A stretch of DNA of 61,670 nt, counting the filler. It is 6 parts of 6 records of this genome, joined end to end, with 100 filler letters (N's around TTAATTAATTAA, not from the genome) between each part and the next. Parts side by side here need not be neighbours in the genome. Positions count along the whole stretch, not along the records: positions 1 to 10,814 come from SRR31156797_20933; 5 more parts are not named here. The stretch is one strand, 5' to 3'. Below are positions 1 to 9,818 of this stretch, in pieces. The translations under genes and the position numbers were made by a program. Each line of letters opens with the position of its first letter. The stretch's first letter is position 1. The notes below the pieces were generated by a model. The model made no database searches. It saw only the letters and a program-made list of their open reading frames with translations, and was not told the origin of the DNA.

Positions 1-678
1 CTCATCATGATCCCGAAGGTCGGCACCGTTTCCGACGTTTACGCCCTCGATATGCTGGTTTCCCAGGTTGAAATGGCCTGTGGCGTCGAGAAAAAGATCG
101 GCTTCGAGCTGATCATCGAAACCGCGCTCGGCATGGCCAACGTCAACGAAATCGCCGCCGCCAGCCCGCGCAACGAATCGCTGCACTTCGGCGTCGCCGA
201 CTACGCCGCCTCGACCAAGGCGCGGACCACCGTCATCGGCGGCCCGAACCCGATGTATCACGTCCTGACCGACGCCGATGCCGACGGCAAGCGCGATGTC
301 CATTGGGGCGATATGTGGCACTATGCGGTCGCCCGCATGGTTGTCGCGGCGCGTGCCAACGGCCTGCGTCCGATCGACGGCCCGTTCGGTGATTTCTCCG
401 ATCCCGACGGCTACATTGCCCAGGCCAACCGCTCGTCGGTTCTCGGCTGCGAAGGCAAATGGGCCATCCACCCGAGCCAGATCGATCTCGCCAACGACCT
501 GTTCAGCCCGACCGAGAAAGAGGTCACCCAGGCCAAACGCATCCTCGAGGCCATGGAACAGGCCGCCAGGGATGGCTTGGGCGCGGTTTCGCTCGACGGT
601 CGCCTGATCGACATCGCATCGATCAAGCAGGCGGAAAACCTGGTCGGCAAAGCCGAACAGATCGCCGCTCGCAGCTAA
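1..678 (+). CDS. mcl: Malyl-CoA/beta-methylmalyl-CoA lyase (CitE/HpcH family), 5'-truncated
   Basis: The frame is open to the window start. Motifs IIETALG, LHFGVADY, RPIDGPFGDFSD, GKWAIHPSQI and GAVSLDGRLID closely match malyl-CoA lyases as I recall them. Confidence 0.75.
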   Translation, partial: LIMIPKVGTVSDVYALDMLVSQVEMACGVEKKIGFELIIETALGMANVNEIAAASPRNESLHFGVADYAASTKARTTVIGGPNPMYHVLTDADADGKRDVHWGDMWHYAVARMVVAARANGLRPIDGPFGDFSDPDGYIAQANRSSVLGCEGKWAIHPSQIDLANDLFSPTEKEVTQAKRILEAMEQAARDGLGAVSLDGRLIDIASIKQAENLVGKAEQIAARS

Positions 679-733
679 CGGCAGCTACCGGAAGCGGAAA
701 TTTTGCTCCGGTACTGTTCACAGGGAATTTGTC

Positions 734-774
734 AGGCCGGCGGCCCCGTTTCGGGGTCTCCGGCCTTTCCCTTT
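734..774 (+). terminator. Probable intrinsic terminator after mcl
   Basis: GC-rich hairpin aggccgg-cggccccg/ttt/cggggtc-tccggcct followed by ttcccttt. Confidence 0.55.
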
Positions 775-847
775 CGGCCGGGCCAAAAGCTTCGATATGA
801 GCAAAATTAAGTTTTGCGCCTGCCGGGGCGCGTGGTAGTTAATCGCC

Positions 848-1804
848 ATGCATAACTTCCTGGATTTCGAAAAACCGATCGCCGAACTCGAAGGCAAAAT
901 CGAGGAACTCCGTCACCTGACCGGTGACGACGAGTTCAATATTGCCGACGAAGTCGGGAAGCTGCAGACCAAGGTCGAAAAGCTGCTGGCGCAAACCTAC
1001 GCCAAGCTGACGCCTTGGCAAAAAACCCAGGTTGCCCGCCATCCCGACCGGCCGCACACGCTGCACTATATCGACCGGTTGGTCGACGAATTCACACCTC
1101 TTGCCGGCGACCGGCTGTTTGCCGAAGACAAGGCTATCGTCGGCGGATTGGGGCGGTTCCGGGGGCGTTCGGTCATGGTCCTCGGCCACGAAAAGGGCCA
1201 CGATACCGAAAGCCGCATGGCCCACAATTTCGGCAGCGCCCGGCCCGAAGGCTATCGCAAGGCGCAGCGCCTGATGAAAATGGCCGATCGCTTCGGCATT
1301 CCGATCGTGGCGTTGATCGATACCGCCGGCGCCTATCCGGGTATCGATGCCGAGGAACGCGGCCAGGCCGAAGCCATTGCGCGCAGCATCGAAACCTGTC
1401 TGTCCCTTCAGGTGCCGATGATCAGCGTCGTCATCGGCGAAGGCGGGTCGGGCGGTGCCATCGCCATCGCGGCCGCCAACAGCGTTCTGATGCTGGAACA
1501 CGCCATCTATTCGGTGATTTCGCCGGAAGGCTGCGCCTCGATCCTGTGGCGCGACGGCGATCAGGCTGGCGAAGCCGCCGAGGCCCTGAAGCTGACGGCC
1601 CAGGACCTGAAGGAACTGAAGGTGATCGACGGCATCGTCGACGAACCCCTGGGCGGGGCCCATCGCGATGCCACCGAAACCATGGATACGGTCGGCGACG
1701 CCATCGAAAAGGAACTGGCGGAATACGACGGTATGGACCGAAACAACATCCGGACGCGGCGGCGCCAGAAATTCCTGGACATGGGCAAGGCCGGCCTTAC
1801 CTAG
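848..1804 (+). CDS. accA: Acetyl-CoA carboxylase carboxyltransferase alpha subunit
   Basis: FLDFEKPI start, [31 protein letters not shown] and [14 protein letters not shown]; 318 aa. Confidence 0.97.
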   Translation: MHNFLDFEKPIAELEGKIEELRHLTGDDEFNIADEVGKLQTKVEKLLAQTYAKLTPWQKTQVARHPDRPHTLHYIDRLVDEFTPLAGDRLFAEDKAIVGGLGRFRGRSVMVLGHEKGHDTESRMAHNFGSARPEGYRKAQRLMKMADRFGIPIVALIDTAGAYPGIDAEERGQAEAIARSIETCLSLQVPMISVVIGEGGSGGAIAIAAANSVLMLEHAIYSVISPEGCASILWRDGDQAGEAAEALKLTAQDLKELKVIDGIVDEPLGGAHRDATETMDTVGDAIEKELAEYDGMDRNNIRTRRRQKFLDMGKAGLT

Positions 1805-1836
1805 GCTGCCGTTCCTCTATATCGGGATGGGAAAGC

Positions 1837-1860
1837 GCGGGGCATTTCGCCCCGCTTTTT
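1837..1860 (+). terminator. Intrinsic terminator between convergent accA and amidohydrolase genes
   Basis: GCGGGGC-ATTTC-GCCCCGC followed by TTTTT. Confidence 0.7.
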
Positions 1861-1863
1861 CGT

Positions 1864-2703
1864 TCAGAAACCGTACAGTTCGGCCGGATTGTCGACCAGA
1901 ATCCGGTTCCGGGTCGCCTCGTCGTCGACCCAATCGAGCAGTAGGTCCATCATCGCCGCCTCGATCGGCGGGTTTTTCTGGCCCGGATGCGGCCAGTTGC
2001 TGGCCCACAGCATCCTTTCCGGTGCCGCCGCCGCCAGGGCCCGGGCCTCGGGCCGGACATCGTCGTATCCCGGTGCGCCGACCACCGAGGATTCATAAGG
2101 CGCGGACAGCTTGACCCAGCATTTGCCGCCGTCGATCAGACCAAGCAGGGTTTTGAAAGCGGTCCCTTCGACATGCACCGGCCCCATGAACCGGCCGACA
2201 TGATCGACCACCAGGGTTCCCGGCAGACCCTTGATCATCTCCAGGTAATCGGGCATTTCGCGGCCGTTCATCTGCAACTGGATGTGCCAGCCGAATTCAT
2301 GAACCCGCGCCGCCGTTTCCTCCAGCACGTCCCAGGTCACGGCGCCGCCCGGCAGCATGTGGAATCGCGCCCCGCGTACCCCCAGCTTGGTCATCCGTTC
2401 CAGTTCCGCCGTCTCGGTTGTGGGGTCGACCACCATGACGCCGCGGGCCTTGTCGCCGAAGGCTTCCATCGCCGCCAACTGGCAGGAATTGTCGGTGCCG
2501 TAGGTGGTCGGCTGGACGACGACGACGCGCGACAGGCCAAGCGTTTGCTGAACCGCCTTGTAATCGTCGATCCAGAAATCAGGCGGCGTCATCAGGGCGG
2601 TCGGCGCACTCGGGAACTTGGCATTGTAGAAATGCATGTGGGTGTCGCAGGCGTCGGCCGGTGCGATCAGTTGCGGTTTCGCCGCGGTCTCGGACGGGTT
2701 CAT
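1864..2703 (-). CDS. Amidohydrolase_2 family protein (LigI/Gli-like lactonase or lactone isomerase)
   Basis: DTHMH, YGTDNS, DHVGRF, VKLSAPYE and WASNWPHP motifs. Start moved to ATG 2703, which has a GGAG RBS. Confidence 0.85.
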   Translation of the reverse strand: MNPSETAAKPQLIAPADACDTHMHFYNAKFPSAPTALMTPPDFWIDDYKAVQQTLGLSRVVVVQPTTYGTDNSCQLAAMEAFGDKARGVMVVDPTTETAELERMTKLGVRGARFHMLPGGAVTWDVLEETAARVHEFGWHIQLQMNGREMPDYLEMIKGLPGTLVVDHVGRFMGPVHVEGTAFKTLLGLIDGGKCWVKLSAPYESSVVGAPGYDDVRPEARALAAAAPERMLWASNWPHPGQKNPPIEAAMMDLLLDWVDDEATRNRILVDNPAELYGF

Positions 2704-2731
2704 GTATTTTCTCCCAATGGGCCCTGAATGC

Positions 2732-3748
2732 TCAGAGGCCGTGTTTTTTCCAATAATCGTGCAGACGCGTTGCCTTGTCGGCATTCAGGGCGCGATCGGG
2801 TATCCGCTGGTTGATGACAGAGATTATCTGCTCGACGCTGCTGAAGGCCTGGGCATCGGCGTTCTCTGTAGTTAGGCCGCCCAAATGCGGAGTGGCGACG
2901 ACGCCGGGCAATTTGGCGATGTGCGGCGACGGGCGCTGGTCCTCGGCCCGGCCGACATCCAAGGCCAGCTTGCCGATATGGCCGCTCATAAAGGCCGCTT
3001 CCAGGGCCGCCTCGTCGACCAGATTGCCGCGCGAGACGTTGACGAAGACGGCGCCCGGCTTCATCAGGGCGAATTCTTCGGCGCCCATCAGGTTTTCGGT
3101 TTCGGGGCTCGCAATCGCCAACGGCAGGACGAAATCCGATTTTTCCAAAAGGGTATCCAGATCTACCTGTTCCATGCCGGGCCGATCGACCGTCTGATAG
3201 GGATCGGTGATCAGCACCTTCATGCCCATGGCGACCAGGATTTCGCAAAGCCGTTTTCCGACCATGCCGTAGCCGATGATGCCCGCCATGTTGCCGGCCA
3301 GCTGCCGGCCCATGTTGCTGGGCGGCACGCGCCCGGCCCGGTATTCGATGGCGCTCTCGGTGACGTCGCGGGCCACGTCCAGCATCAGGGCCAGGGCCAT
3401 TTCGGCGGTGGCGTCGACGAAGGTGGGCCCGGCGCGCGCCACCAGCACGCCGTTGCGGGACGCCGCCTCGATATCGATGGTGCTGACGTCCAGCGCCGTG
3501 CGCAGGAAGGCGATCAGATTGGGCGAACCATCGAACAGGGCCGCCTCGCCGGGCGTTGCCCGGTGCGAAACGATGATGTCGCAATCCCGCGCCGCCTCGA
3601 TGATTTCCGGCGCCGTCATGTTGCGCTCAAACGGATTGATGTGAACGTCCGCGAAAGTGCGCAGGCGTTCCAGGGCCCTGGCGTAATAGACCTCGCGGTC
3701 CTCTTTGTTGTGGTCGACGAAAACGGTCGGCCTTAATTTCCGGCTCAT
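2732..3748 (-). CDS. D-isomer-specific 2-hydroxyacid dehydrogenase family protein
   Basis: GIIGYGMVG Rossmann motif, FVNVSRG and ATPHLGG. True start is probably ATG 3748; the longer called ORF overlaps the permease gene. Confidence 0.88.
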   Translation of the reverse strand: MSRKLRPTVFVDHNKEDREVYYARALERLRTFADVHINPFERNMTAPEIIEAARDCDIIVSHRATPGEAALFDGSPNLIAFLRTALDVSTIDIEAASRNGVLVARAGPTFVDATAEMALALMLDVARDVTESAIEYRAGRVPPSNMGRQLAGNMAGIIGYGMVGKRLCEILVAMGMKVLITDPYQTVDRPGMEQVDLDTLLEKSDFVLPLAIASPETENLMGAEEFALMKPGAVFVNVSRGNLVDEAALEAAFMSGHIGKLALDVGRAEDQRPSPHIAKLPGVVATPHLGGLTTENADAQAFSSVEQIISVINQRIPDRALNADKATRLHDYWKKHGL

Positions 3749-3885
3749 GTTTTCCCCCGGATTGATGGCGGGGCCGAAGATTTGCACCTCAAGGTGTGCC
3801 GGGTCAAGCGAAGCCGATACGATTTCGCATGGCGGATCAAGCCGGGGCGGCGGGCATGGCGGGAACCTACGCGGAGGCCTGGTTG

Positions 3886-4995
3886 CTAATACAGCCGTCT
3901 TCGGAACAGCCAGGCGGCGGCGGCGAGGGTGAGCACGCCGACGATCAGCATCGGCCACAATTCCTCGATCACCACGTCGGTGGGCAGGGTCTTGAGGAAA
4001 ATACCCTGGATGATGACCAGGAAGTGGCGCAGCGGGTTGACCTGGGTGGCGACCTGCAGCCACTCGGGCATGTTGGCGATGGGGGTCGCGAAACCGGACA
4101 GCAGCAGCGCCGGCACGACAAAGATGAAGGCGCCGAGAACCGCCTGTTGCTGGGTCCGGGCCAGCGACGAGATGAACAGCCCGACGCCGATGACCGACAG
4201 CATGTAGACCAGAAGGCTCAAATACAGCAGTCCCACCGAGCCGGTCAGCGGCACGTCGAACCAGTAAACGGCGGCCGCCGCGATCACGGTACCCTCGCCG
4301 ATGCCGATCAGGATCGCCGGGATGGTCTTGCCCAGGGTGATCTCCCAGGGTCTGAGCGGCGTCACCAGAAGCTGTTCCATGGTGCCGAGTTCGCGTTCCC
4401 GGGCGACCGAGACGGCGGTCAGGATCAGGACCACGATCATGGTCAGGATTCCCATCAACGACGGCACGATCATCCATTGGCTATGCAGGTTGGGATTGAA
4501 CCAGGCGCGCGGGGACAGCCGGGCCGGCGGCGATGCCATCCCGTGATCGCGGGTCCATTCGGCGTTGAAGGCTGAAATGATGGTGTTGGCGTAGCCTTGG
4601 ATGACCAGCGCCGTGTTCGACCGCCGGCCGTCGAGGATGATCTGGACCGGCGCCGGCGGCGTGTCCATCAGGCGGCGCGAAAAATCGGGCCCGAAGTGGA
4701 GCACGACCTGGGCTTCGCGCGAATCGATCGCCGCGTCGATATCGGCGATGCGCGACAGGTGGATGATGCGCGCGAAATCCGGCGCGTCTTCGAAACGGGC
4801 GATCAGTTCGCGCGAAACCGGCGTCGGATCCTCGTTGAGGACGGCCATGGAAATATTGGTGATGTCGTAGGTGGCGGCGTAGGAGAAGATCACCAGCTGG
4901 ATCATCGGCGGACCGATGACGATGGCGCGCGTCCGCTTGTCGTGCCAGACGGCCAGCAGTTCCTTGACGATCAGCGCGCGCAGGCGTTTCCACAT
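3886..4995 (-). CDS. ABC-2 type exporter permease (YbhR-like)
   Basis: ILDGRRSNTA, WFNPNL, ARERELGTMEQLLVTP and LSGFATPIANMP. Confidence 0.9.
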   Translation of the reverse strand: MWKRLRALIVKELLAVWHDKRTRAIVIGPPMIQLVIFSYAATYDITNISMAVLNEDPTPVSRELIARFEDAPDFARIIHLSRIADIDAAIDSREAQVVLHFGPDFSRRLMDTPPAPVQIILDGRRSNTALVIQGYANTIISAFNAEWTRDHGMASPPARLSPRAWFNPNLHSQWMIVPSLMGILTMIVVLILTAVSVARERELGTMEQLLVTPLRPWEITLGKTIPAILIGIGEGTVIAAAAVYWFDVPLTGSVGLLYLSLLVYMLSVIGVGLFISSLARTQQQAVLGAFIFVVPALLLSGFATPIANMPEWLQVATQVNPLRHFLVIIQGIFLKTLPTDVVIEELWPMLIVGVLTLAAAAWLFRRRLY

Positions 4996-4999
4996 CGGT

Positions 5000-6139
5000 T
5001 CAGTCCAGTCTCTTGCGCGTCTTGCGCGCGGTCACCAGCAGGAAGAACAGCGCGATCGCCGCCATCCCCAGCACGTCGGGGACGATGACGCTCCAGACAT
5101 CGCCGACCAGGAACAGGGTTTGCAGGGTCGACACGAAATACCGCGCCGCAAGGATATAGGTCAGGCCCTGGATGACCGTCGGCATGCTGCCGATGTCGAA
5201 GATGAATCCCGACAGCATGATCGCCGGCAGGAAGGCGGCGACGATGCCGATCTGGCTGGCCGCCATCTGGTTGCGCGCGACGGTCGAAATCAGCAGCCCC
5301 ATGGCCAGGGCGGCGACCATGAACACGGCGCCGACGGCGAACAGCACCGACAAGGACCCCCGCAGCGGCACCTCGAACAGCCAGACGGCCATGACGACCG
5401 ACAGCGCCATGCCGCTCATCCCGAGCCCGAAATAGGGGATCAGCTTGCCTAGGATCAGCTCCAGGATGGTGATCGGCGTCGCCATCAGGGCTTCCATCGT
5501 GCCGCGCTCCCATTCGCGGGAAACGACCAGGGCGGTCAGCAGGGTTCCGATCAGGCTCATGATGATGGCGATCAGGCCGGGAACCAGGAAGTTCCGGCTG
5601 CTCACCTCGGGGTTGAAACGGACCCGGGCCTCGGCGGCAACCGGCACGACGATCGGCCGGCCGCGGTCCAGGGCCTCGTGCTCCATCCACTTGCCCCAGG
5701 CACCCTGTACATAGCCCTGTACGAGCCGCGCCGTGTTCGGGTCGGTGCCGTCCAACAGAACCTGGATCGGGGCCTCCTCGCCGCGGCCCAGCCTGTCCGA
5801 AAAATCGGCGCGCAGGACGACGACGCCTTTGAGGCGGCCGGCGATCAGGTCTTTTTCGGCCGGGGTGCGGTGGCGGAAAACGGAAACGTTGAAGGAAGGC
5901 GAATTCGACAGGGTGTTGACGAATCCCTGGGTTTCCGGCGTCGGCGTCTCGACGACGACGCCGACCTTGACGTTGGTGGCGTCGAGCGACACGCCATAAC
6001 CGAACAGGAACAGCAGGATGATCGGCAGCACGAAGGCGATGGCGATGCTGCTGGGGTCGCGGACGACCTGCACCGTCTCCTTGCGAACCAGGCCCAACAG
6101 CCGCCGGCGGCGGCCCGAACGGGTGTTTATCGGCGTCAT
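5000..6139 (-). CDS. ABC-2 type exporter permease (YbhS-like)
   Basis: RDPSSIAIAF, DGTDPNTA and REWERGTMEALMATP. ATG 6139 overlaps the ATPase stop (ATGA). Confidence 0.9.
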   Translation of the reverse strand: MTPINTRSGRRRRLLGLVRKETVQVVRDPSSIAIAFVLPIILLFLFGYGVSLDATNVKVGVVVETPTPETQGFVNTLSNSPSFNVSVFRHRTPAEKDLIAGRLKGVVVLRADFSDRLGRGEEAPIQVLLDGTDPNTARLVQGYVQGAWGKWMEHEALDRGRPIVVPVAAEARVRFNPEVSSRNFLVPGLIAIIMSLIGTLLTALVVSREWERGTMEALMATPITILELILGKLIPYFGLGMSGMALSVVMAVWLFEVPLRGSLSVLFAVGAVFMVAALAMGLLISTVARNQMAASQIGIVAAFLPAIMLSGFIFDIGSMPTVIQGLTYILAARYFVSTLQTLFLVGDVWSVIVPDVLGMAAIALFFLLVTARKTRKRLD

Positions 6140-7875
6140 GCGGCGTTGCGCTCCCGTTGTTGCGTCTGGACGAGATGCACGAAGGCGTCTTCCAGCGTCG
6201 GGTCGGGCAGGTCGGGCGATTGCAACGGCGCCTTCAGCTCGTCCGGCGATCCGGTGGCGATCAGGCGGCCCTCGTTGACGATGCCGATGCGATCGCAATA
6301 TTCCGCTTCGTCGAGGAAATGGGTGGTGACCAGGACGGTCGAGCCCTGGCCGGCCATGGCGTTGATGTGATTCCAGAATTCGCGCCGGGTCAGCGGATCG
6401 ACCCCGGACGTCGGTTCGTCGAGGAACAGGATGGAAGGCCCATGCATCAGTGCGCAGGCCAGCGCCAGCCGTTGCTGAAAACCGAGCGGCAGGCTGGCGG
6501 CGAGCGAGTCGATGAAGGGTTCGAGCGAGAAGGTTTCCAGCATCTCGACGACGGCCCGACGCTGTTTGCGCCCGCCCAGGCCATAGGCGCCGCTGAAGAA
6601 GTCCATGTTCTGGCTGACCGTGAGATTGCCGTAAAGCGAGAACTTCTGCGACATGTAGCCGATATGGGCGCGCGCCACCGCCGGGGCGTGGCGCAGATCG
6701 ATGCCGGCGACCCGGGCGTCGCCCGAAGTCGGCGGCAGCAGCCCGCACATCATCTTGAAAGTGGTCGACTTGCCGGCGCCGTTGGGGCCGAGAAGCCCGA
6801 ATATCTCGCCCTGTCGGACGGAGAACGAAATGCCGTCGACGGCGCGAAAATGCCCGAAGACGCGGGTCAGGTTCTCCGCTGTCACCGTGACCTCGCGGCC
6901 GCCGTTGGACGGTGCCGAGACGGCAGGAATGGGATCAGATACCGGGTCCTGCGCCCGCAGCAGGGCGACCACGGCGTCCTCGAAACGCGGTGTGACCGGC
7001 ACGATCTCGGCTTGCTGTCCGGCCGTCGGATGTTCGAGTGTCGGCGCCGCCATACCGTTTTCCAGCACGAGGCGGACGTTCCGGCCCTGGATGATGGCGT
7101 CGGTGACGTCGGGCGAGCGCTGGGCGGCGGCCTGGACTTCCCGCTTGTGTCCCTCGATGCCGCGGACCACGAAGGTGCGGCCCTCGACCGTTTGCGTCAG
7201 TTCCGCCGGCGGGCCGTCATGCAGCAACCGTCCTTCGTTGAGCAGCAGCACCGAATGGCATCGTTCGGCCTCGTCCAGATAGGCGGTGCTCCACAGCACG
7301 CCGATTCCTTCTTCGGCGAGGTCGTGGACCATTTTCCAGAGTTCGCGCCGCGACACCGGATCGACGCCGACGCTCGGTTCGTCGAGCAGCAGCAACCGGG
7401 GGGGGCGGACCAGGGCGCAGGCGAGGCCGAGTTTTTGTTTCATGCCGCCGGAAAGATCCCCGGCCAGGCGTTTCTGGAACGGCCCCAGTCCGGTGAACCG
7501 GACCAGCCGGTCGAAGGCTTCCTGTCGCTCATTGCCCGACAGGTTGCGTAGATCGGCATACAGCGACAGGTTCTCGGCGACCGTCAGGTCCTCGTAAAGG
7601 CCGAAGCGCTGCGGCATGTAGGCGGTGACGGCGTGAATCGATTCGGCGTCCGATACGCTGTCGAAACCGTCGACGGCAATTCCGCCGCCGTCGGGCAGCA
7701 GCAGACCCGCCATCAGGCGGATCAGGGTCGTCTTGCCGGCGCCGTCCGGGCCGACCAGCCCGGTGACCCGGCCGGGCGCGACCTTGGCGCTGATGCCGTC
7801 GAGCGCGGTGACGGTTCCCCGGGCCGAGGCGAACCGCTTGACGACACCGTCGATACGGGCGACGGGTTCGGCCAT
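6136..7875 (-). CDS. ABC transporter ATP-binding protein with two ATPase domains (YbhF-like)
   Basis: Two Walker A motifs (GPDGAGKTT, GPNGAGKST), signatures LSGGMKQ and LPLGFQQ, two LDEP Walker B motifs. Confidence 0.93.
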   Translation of the reverse strand: MAEPVARIDGVVKRFASARGTVTALDGISAKVAPGRVTGLVGPDGAGKTTLIRLMAGLLLPDGGGIAVDGFDSVSDAESIHAVTAYMPQRFGLYEDLTVAENLSLYADLRNLSGNERQEAFDRLVRFTGLGPFQKRLAGDLSGGMKQKLGLACALVRPPRLLLLDEPSVGVDPVSRRELWKMVHDLAEEGIGVLWSTAYLDEAERCHSVLLLNEGRLLHDGPPAELTQTVEGRTFVVRGIEGHKREVQAAAQRSPDVTDAIIQGRNVRLVLENGMAAPTLEHPTAGQQAEIVPVTPRFEDAVVALLRAQDPVSDPIPAVSAPSNGGREVTVTAENLTRVFGHFRAVDGISFSVRQGEIFGLLGPNGAGKSTTFKMMCGLLPPTSGDARVAGIDLRHAPAVARAHIGYMSQKFSLYGNLTVSQNMDFFSGAYGLGGRKQRRAVVEMLETFSLEPFIDSLAASLPLGFQQRLALACALMHGPSILFLDEPTSGVDPLTRREFWNHINAMAGQGSTVLVTTHFLDEAEYCDRIGIVNEGRLIATGSPDELKAPLQSPDLPDPTLEDAFVHLVQTQQRERNAA

Positions 7876-7879
7876 CGCC

Positions 7880-8944
7880 TCACTCCGTTTCCGCTGTCCG
7901 GAAGACGATGGTCACCGGCATGCCCTGGCGCAATCCTTCGTCGGGTTCGCTGACGATGATCCGCAGTCGATAGACGAGGTTGACGCGCAGATCCTCGGTC
8001 TCCACCGCCTTCGGCGTGAACTCGGCGACCGGCGAGATGAAGCCGACTTGCCCGGGATAGGGTTTATTGGGCCGGGTGTCGGTGAAGATGTTGGCCTTCA
8101 TTCCGGGGTGTATCCGTCCGAGATCGGGTTCCGAAACATACGTCCGCACCCATACCGGCGTGGTCAATGCCAGGGTCAGGACCGTGGTGTTGGCCTGTAG
8201 CACCGCTCCCGGCTCCTGTACGCGGGTCAGGACGGTGCCGGCGGCGGGCGCCAGCAGGTCGCTGTCGGCATAGCGCCGGTGGGCGGTGGAAAGCGCCGCT
8301 TCGCCACCGCTGAGTTCGGCCCGGGCGGCGGCAATGTCCTCGTCGCGGAAACCGGCACGGACCAGCCGCTGGGTCGCCTGAGCCAGTTTCAGCCGTGCTT
8401 CGGCTTCGTGGAGGGCGGTTTCGGCTTCATCCAGGGATTGGCGCGAAGCGGTCGAGGTGCGGACCAGATTGCGGCGGCGGTCAAACGTGGTCTGGGCGAG
8501 GCCGACAGCGGCCTGTGCGCGTTCGGTCTCGGCCCGGGCCTGGGCGATTTCCTCTTTTCGGCTGCCGGCTTCAAGTTTGGCCACAAGGGCCCGTTGCGCC
8601 GCGACCTTGGATTCGGCGGCGCGGACGTCGTCCTCCAGATATCCTTTCTCCAGCGACGCCAGAACGTCGCCGGGTTTGACCCGGTCGCCTTCCTCGACAA
8701 ATATGCCCTCCAATCGGCCGCCGACGTAGAATCCAAGATTGACCTGGCGAACGTCGACATTGCCGTAGGTGATCAGCCGGCCGTCATCCGGCGTTTGGCC
8801 GGTGACGTGGTTCCAGACCGATCGGGAAGCCGATCCGATGGTCTCGATTGCGCTTTGCCCGCCGGGGTGCAGCGTCAGCCAAGCGGTTGCCCCGGCGGCG
8901 GCGCCGAGAATGACAACAGCGGCGATGATTTTCTTCGGGTTCAT
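7880..8944 (-). CDS. HlyD-family membrane fusion protein (YbhG-like)
   Basis: YGNVDVRQVNLGF, EEGDRVKPGD, GFISPVAEFTPK and LRQGMPVT. ATG 8944 overlaps the TetR stop. Confidence 0.9.
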   Translation of the reverse strand: MNPKKIIAAVVILGAAAGATAWLTLHPGGQSAIETIGSASRSVWNHVTGQTPDDGRLITYGNVDVRQVNLGFYVGGRLEGIFVEEGDRVKPGDVLASLEKGYLEDDVRAAESKVAAQRALVAKLEAGSRKEEIAQARAETERAQAAVGLAQTTFDRRRNLVRTSTASRQSLDEAETALHEAEARLKLAQATQRLVRAGFRDEDIAAARAELSGGEAALSTAHRRYADSDLLAPAAGTVLTRVQEPGAVLQANTTVLTLALTTPVWVRTYVSEPDLGRIHPGMKANIFTDTRPNKPYPGQVGFISPVAEFTPKAVETEDLRVNLVYRLRIIVSEPDEGLRQGMPVTIVFRTAETE

Positions 8945-9651
8945 GACGCAGTCTCCGGGGCGGGTGGGAGCGGCAGTCCCAGGGAAAGCAGGACCGATTC
9001 GGTCACCTCGCGGCTTACCATCTGGAGCTCCCCGGGTCCGTAGGACGACCAACCGATCCGGGCGAACAAAACGACCCGGGCGATGAAAAAGATGATGAAC
9101 TGGCCGACAACCGCATGGGCCCGCACAATCGTCTGCGGATCTTCCGCCGGCCGGTCGAGCACGACCGAAACCAGCATCGTAATGGCCTTGTGCAGCGGTT
9201 CGACGCGGCCCCTGAAAAGGGTTTCGAAGCCGATCGACGGCATCGCGTATTCACGCATGATCAGGGCCGCCCGGACACGCATGCGCGCACTTCCAGTGAA
9301 GGTGTACAGCAATTCCTCGACCAATCGGGCGGTTACCGCCGACAGCTTGGCGGGATCGCCCGCCGCTTCCGCCAGGCCGGCCCGCAACCGGGTGGCGGTC
9401 GGCGCGACAAGGGGTTCGGTTTCCAATACCTGCTGTTCGATGACGGCCAAGTACAGTTCCTGCTTGCCGCCGAAATGATAGCCGATGGCGGCGATATTGA
9501 CGTCGGCGGTCTTGGCCAGTTCGCGGGTCGAGACGCTGTCGTATCCTTTGGCGGCGAACAGGCGCAGGCCGGCTTCCAACAGGCGCTCGCGGGTGTCGCC
9601 CGTGATCGGGGTTTCGTCGATGGCGAAATCGGACAACTGTTGGACGTCCAT
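8941..9651 (-). CDS. TetR-family regulator (CecR/YbiH-like)
   Basis: N-terminal HTH TRERLLEAGLRLFA...STRELA...IGYHFGGKQELY; first gene of a ybhGFSR-like operon. Confidence 0.88.
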   Translation of the reverse strand: MDVQQLSDFAIDETPITGDTRERLLEAGLRLFAAKGYDSVSTRELAKTADVNIAAIGYHFGGKQELYLAVIEQQVLETEPLVAPTATRLRAGLAEAAGDPAKLSAVTARLVEELLYTFTGSARMRVRAALIMREYAMPSIGFETLFRGRVEPLHKAITMLVSVVLDRPAEDPQTIVRAHAVVGQFIIFFIARVVLFARIGWSSYGPGELQMVSREVTESVLLSLGLPLPPAPETAS

Positions 9652-9703
9652 GATCGGATCCTCATTATTTCAGGCGATTTTTGGATCGGAAAACACGTCC
9701 ATA

Positions 9704-9742
9704 TTAAATCAATCGATTGAATTAGTCAAACGACCGATTTAA
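9704..9742. promoter_or_regulatory. Putative tandem TetR operator
   Basis: Perfect 12-bp palindrome TCAATCGATTGA (9709-9720) within taaatcaatcgattgaatta, with a degenerate second copy next to it, about 55-90 nt upstream of the TetR start. Confidence 0.6.
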
Positions 9743-9751
9743 ATAGAGGTC

Positions 9752-9790
9752 AAAAAACAAACCGGGACGGCTTTGATGCCATCCCGGTTT
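9752..9790 (-). terminator. Intrinsic terminator of secA
   Basis: Minus strand reads aaaccgggatggc-atcaaa-gccgtcccggttt then gtttttt. Confidence 0.75.
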
Positions 9791-9818
9791 CGGAATTACC
9801 TCAATTGGTCGGATGTGT

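Noticed and set aside
3749-4477. Apparent long N-terminal extensions on the dehydrogenase (581 aa) and the YbhS-like permease (582 aa)
   Set aside because: The extensions overlap upstream genes in another frame and are low-complexity Arg/Gly/Pro. Internal ATGs at 3748 and 6139 fit better.
3886-9651. TetR-HlyD-ABC operon as a novel system
   Set aside because: Gene order and motifs match the known ybiH(cecR)-ybhGFSR type.
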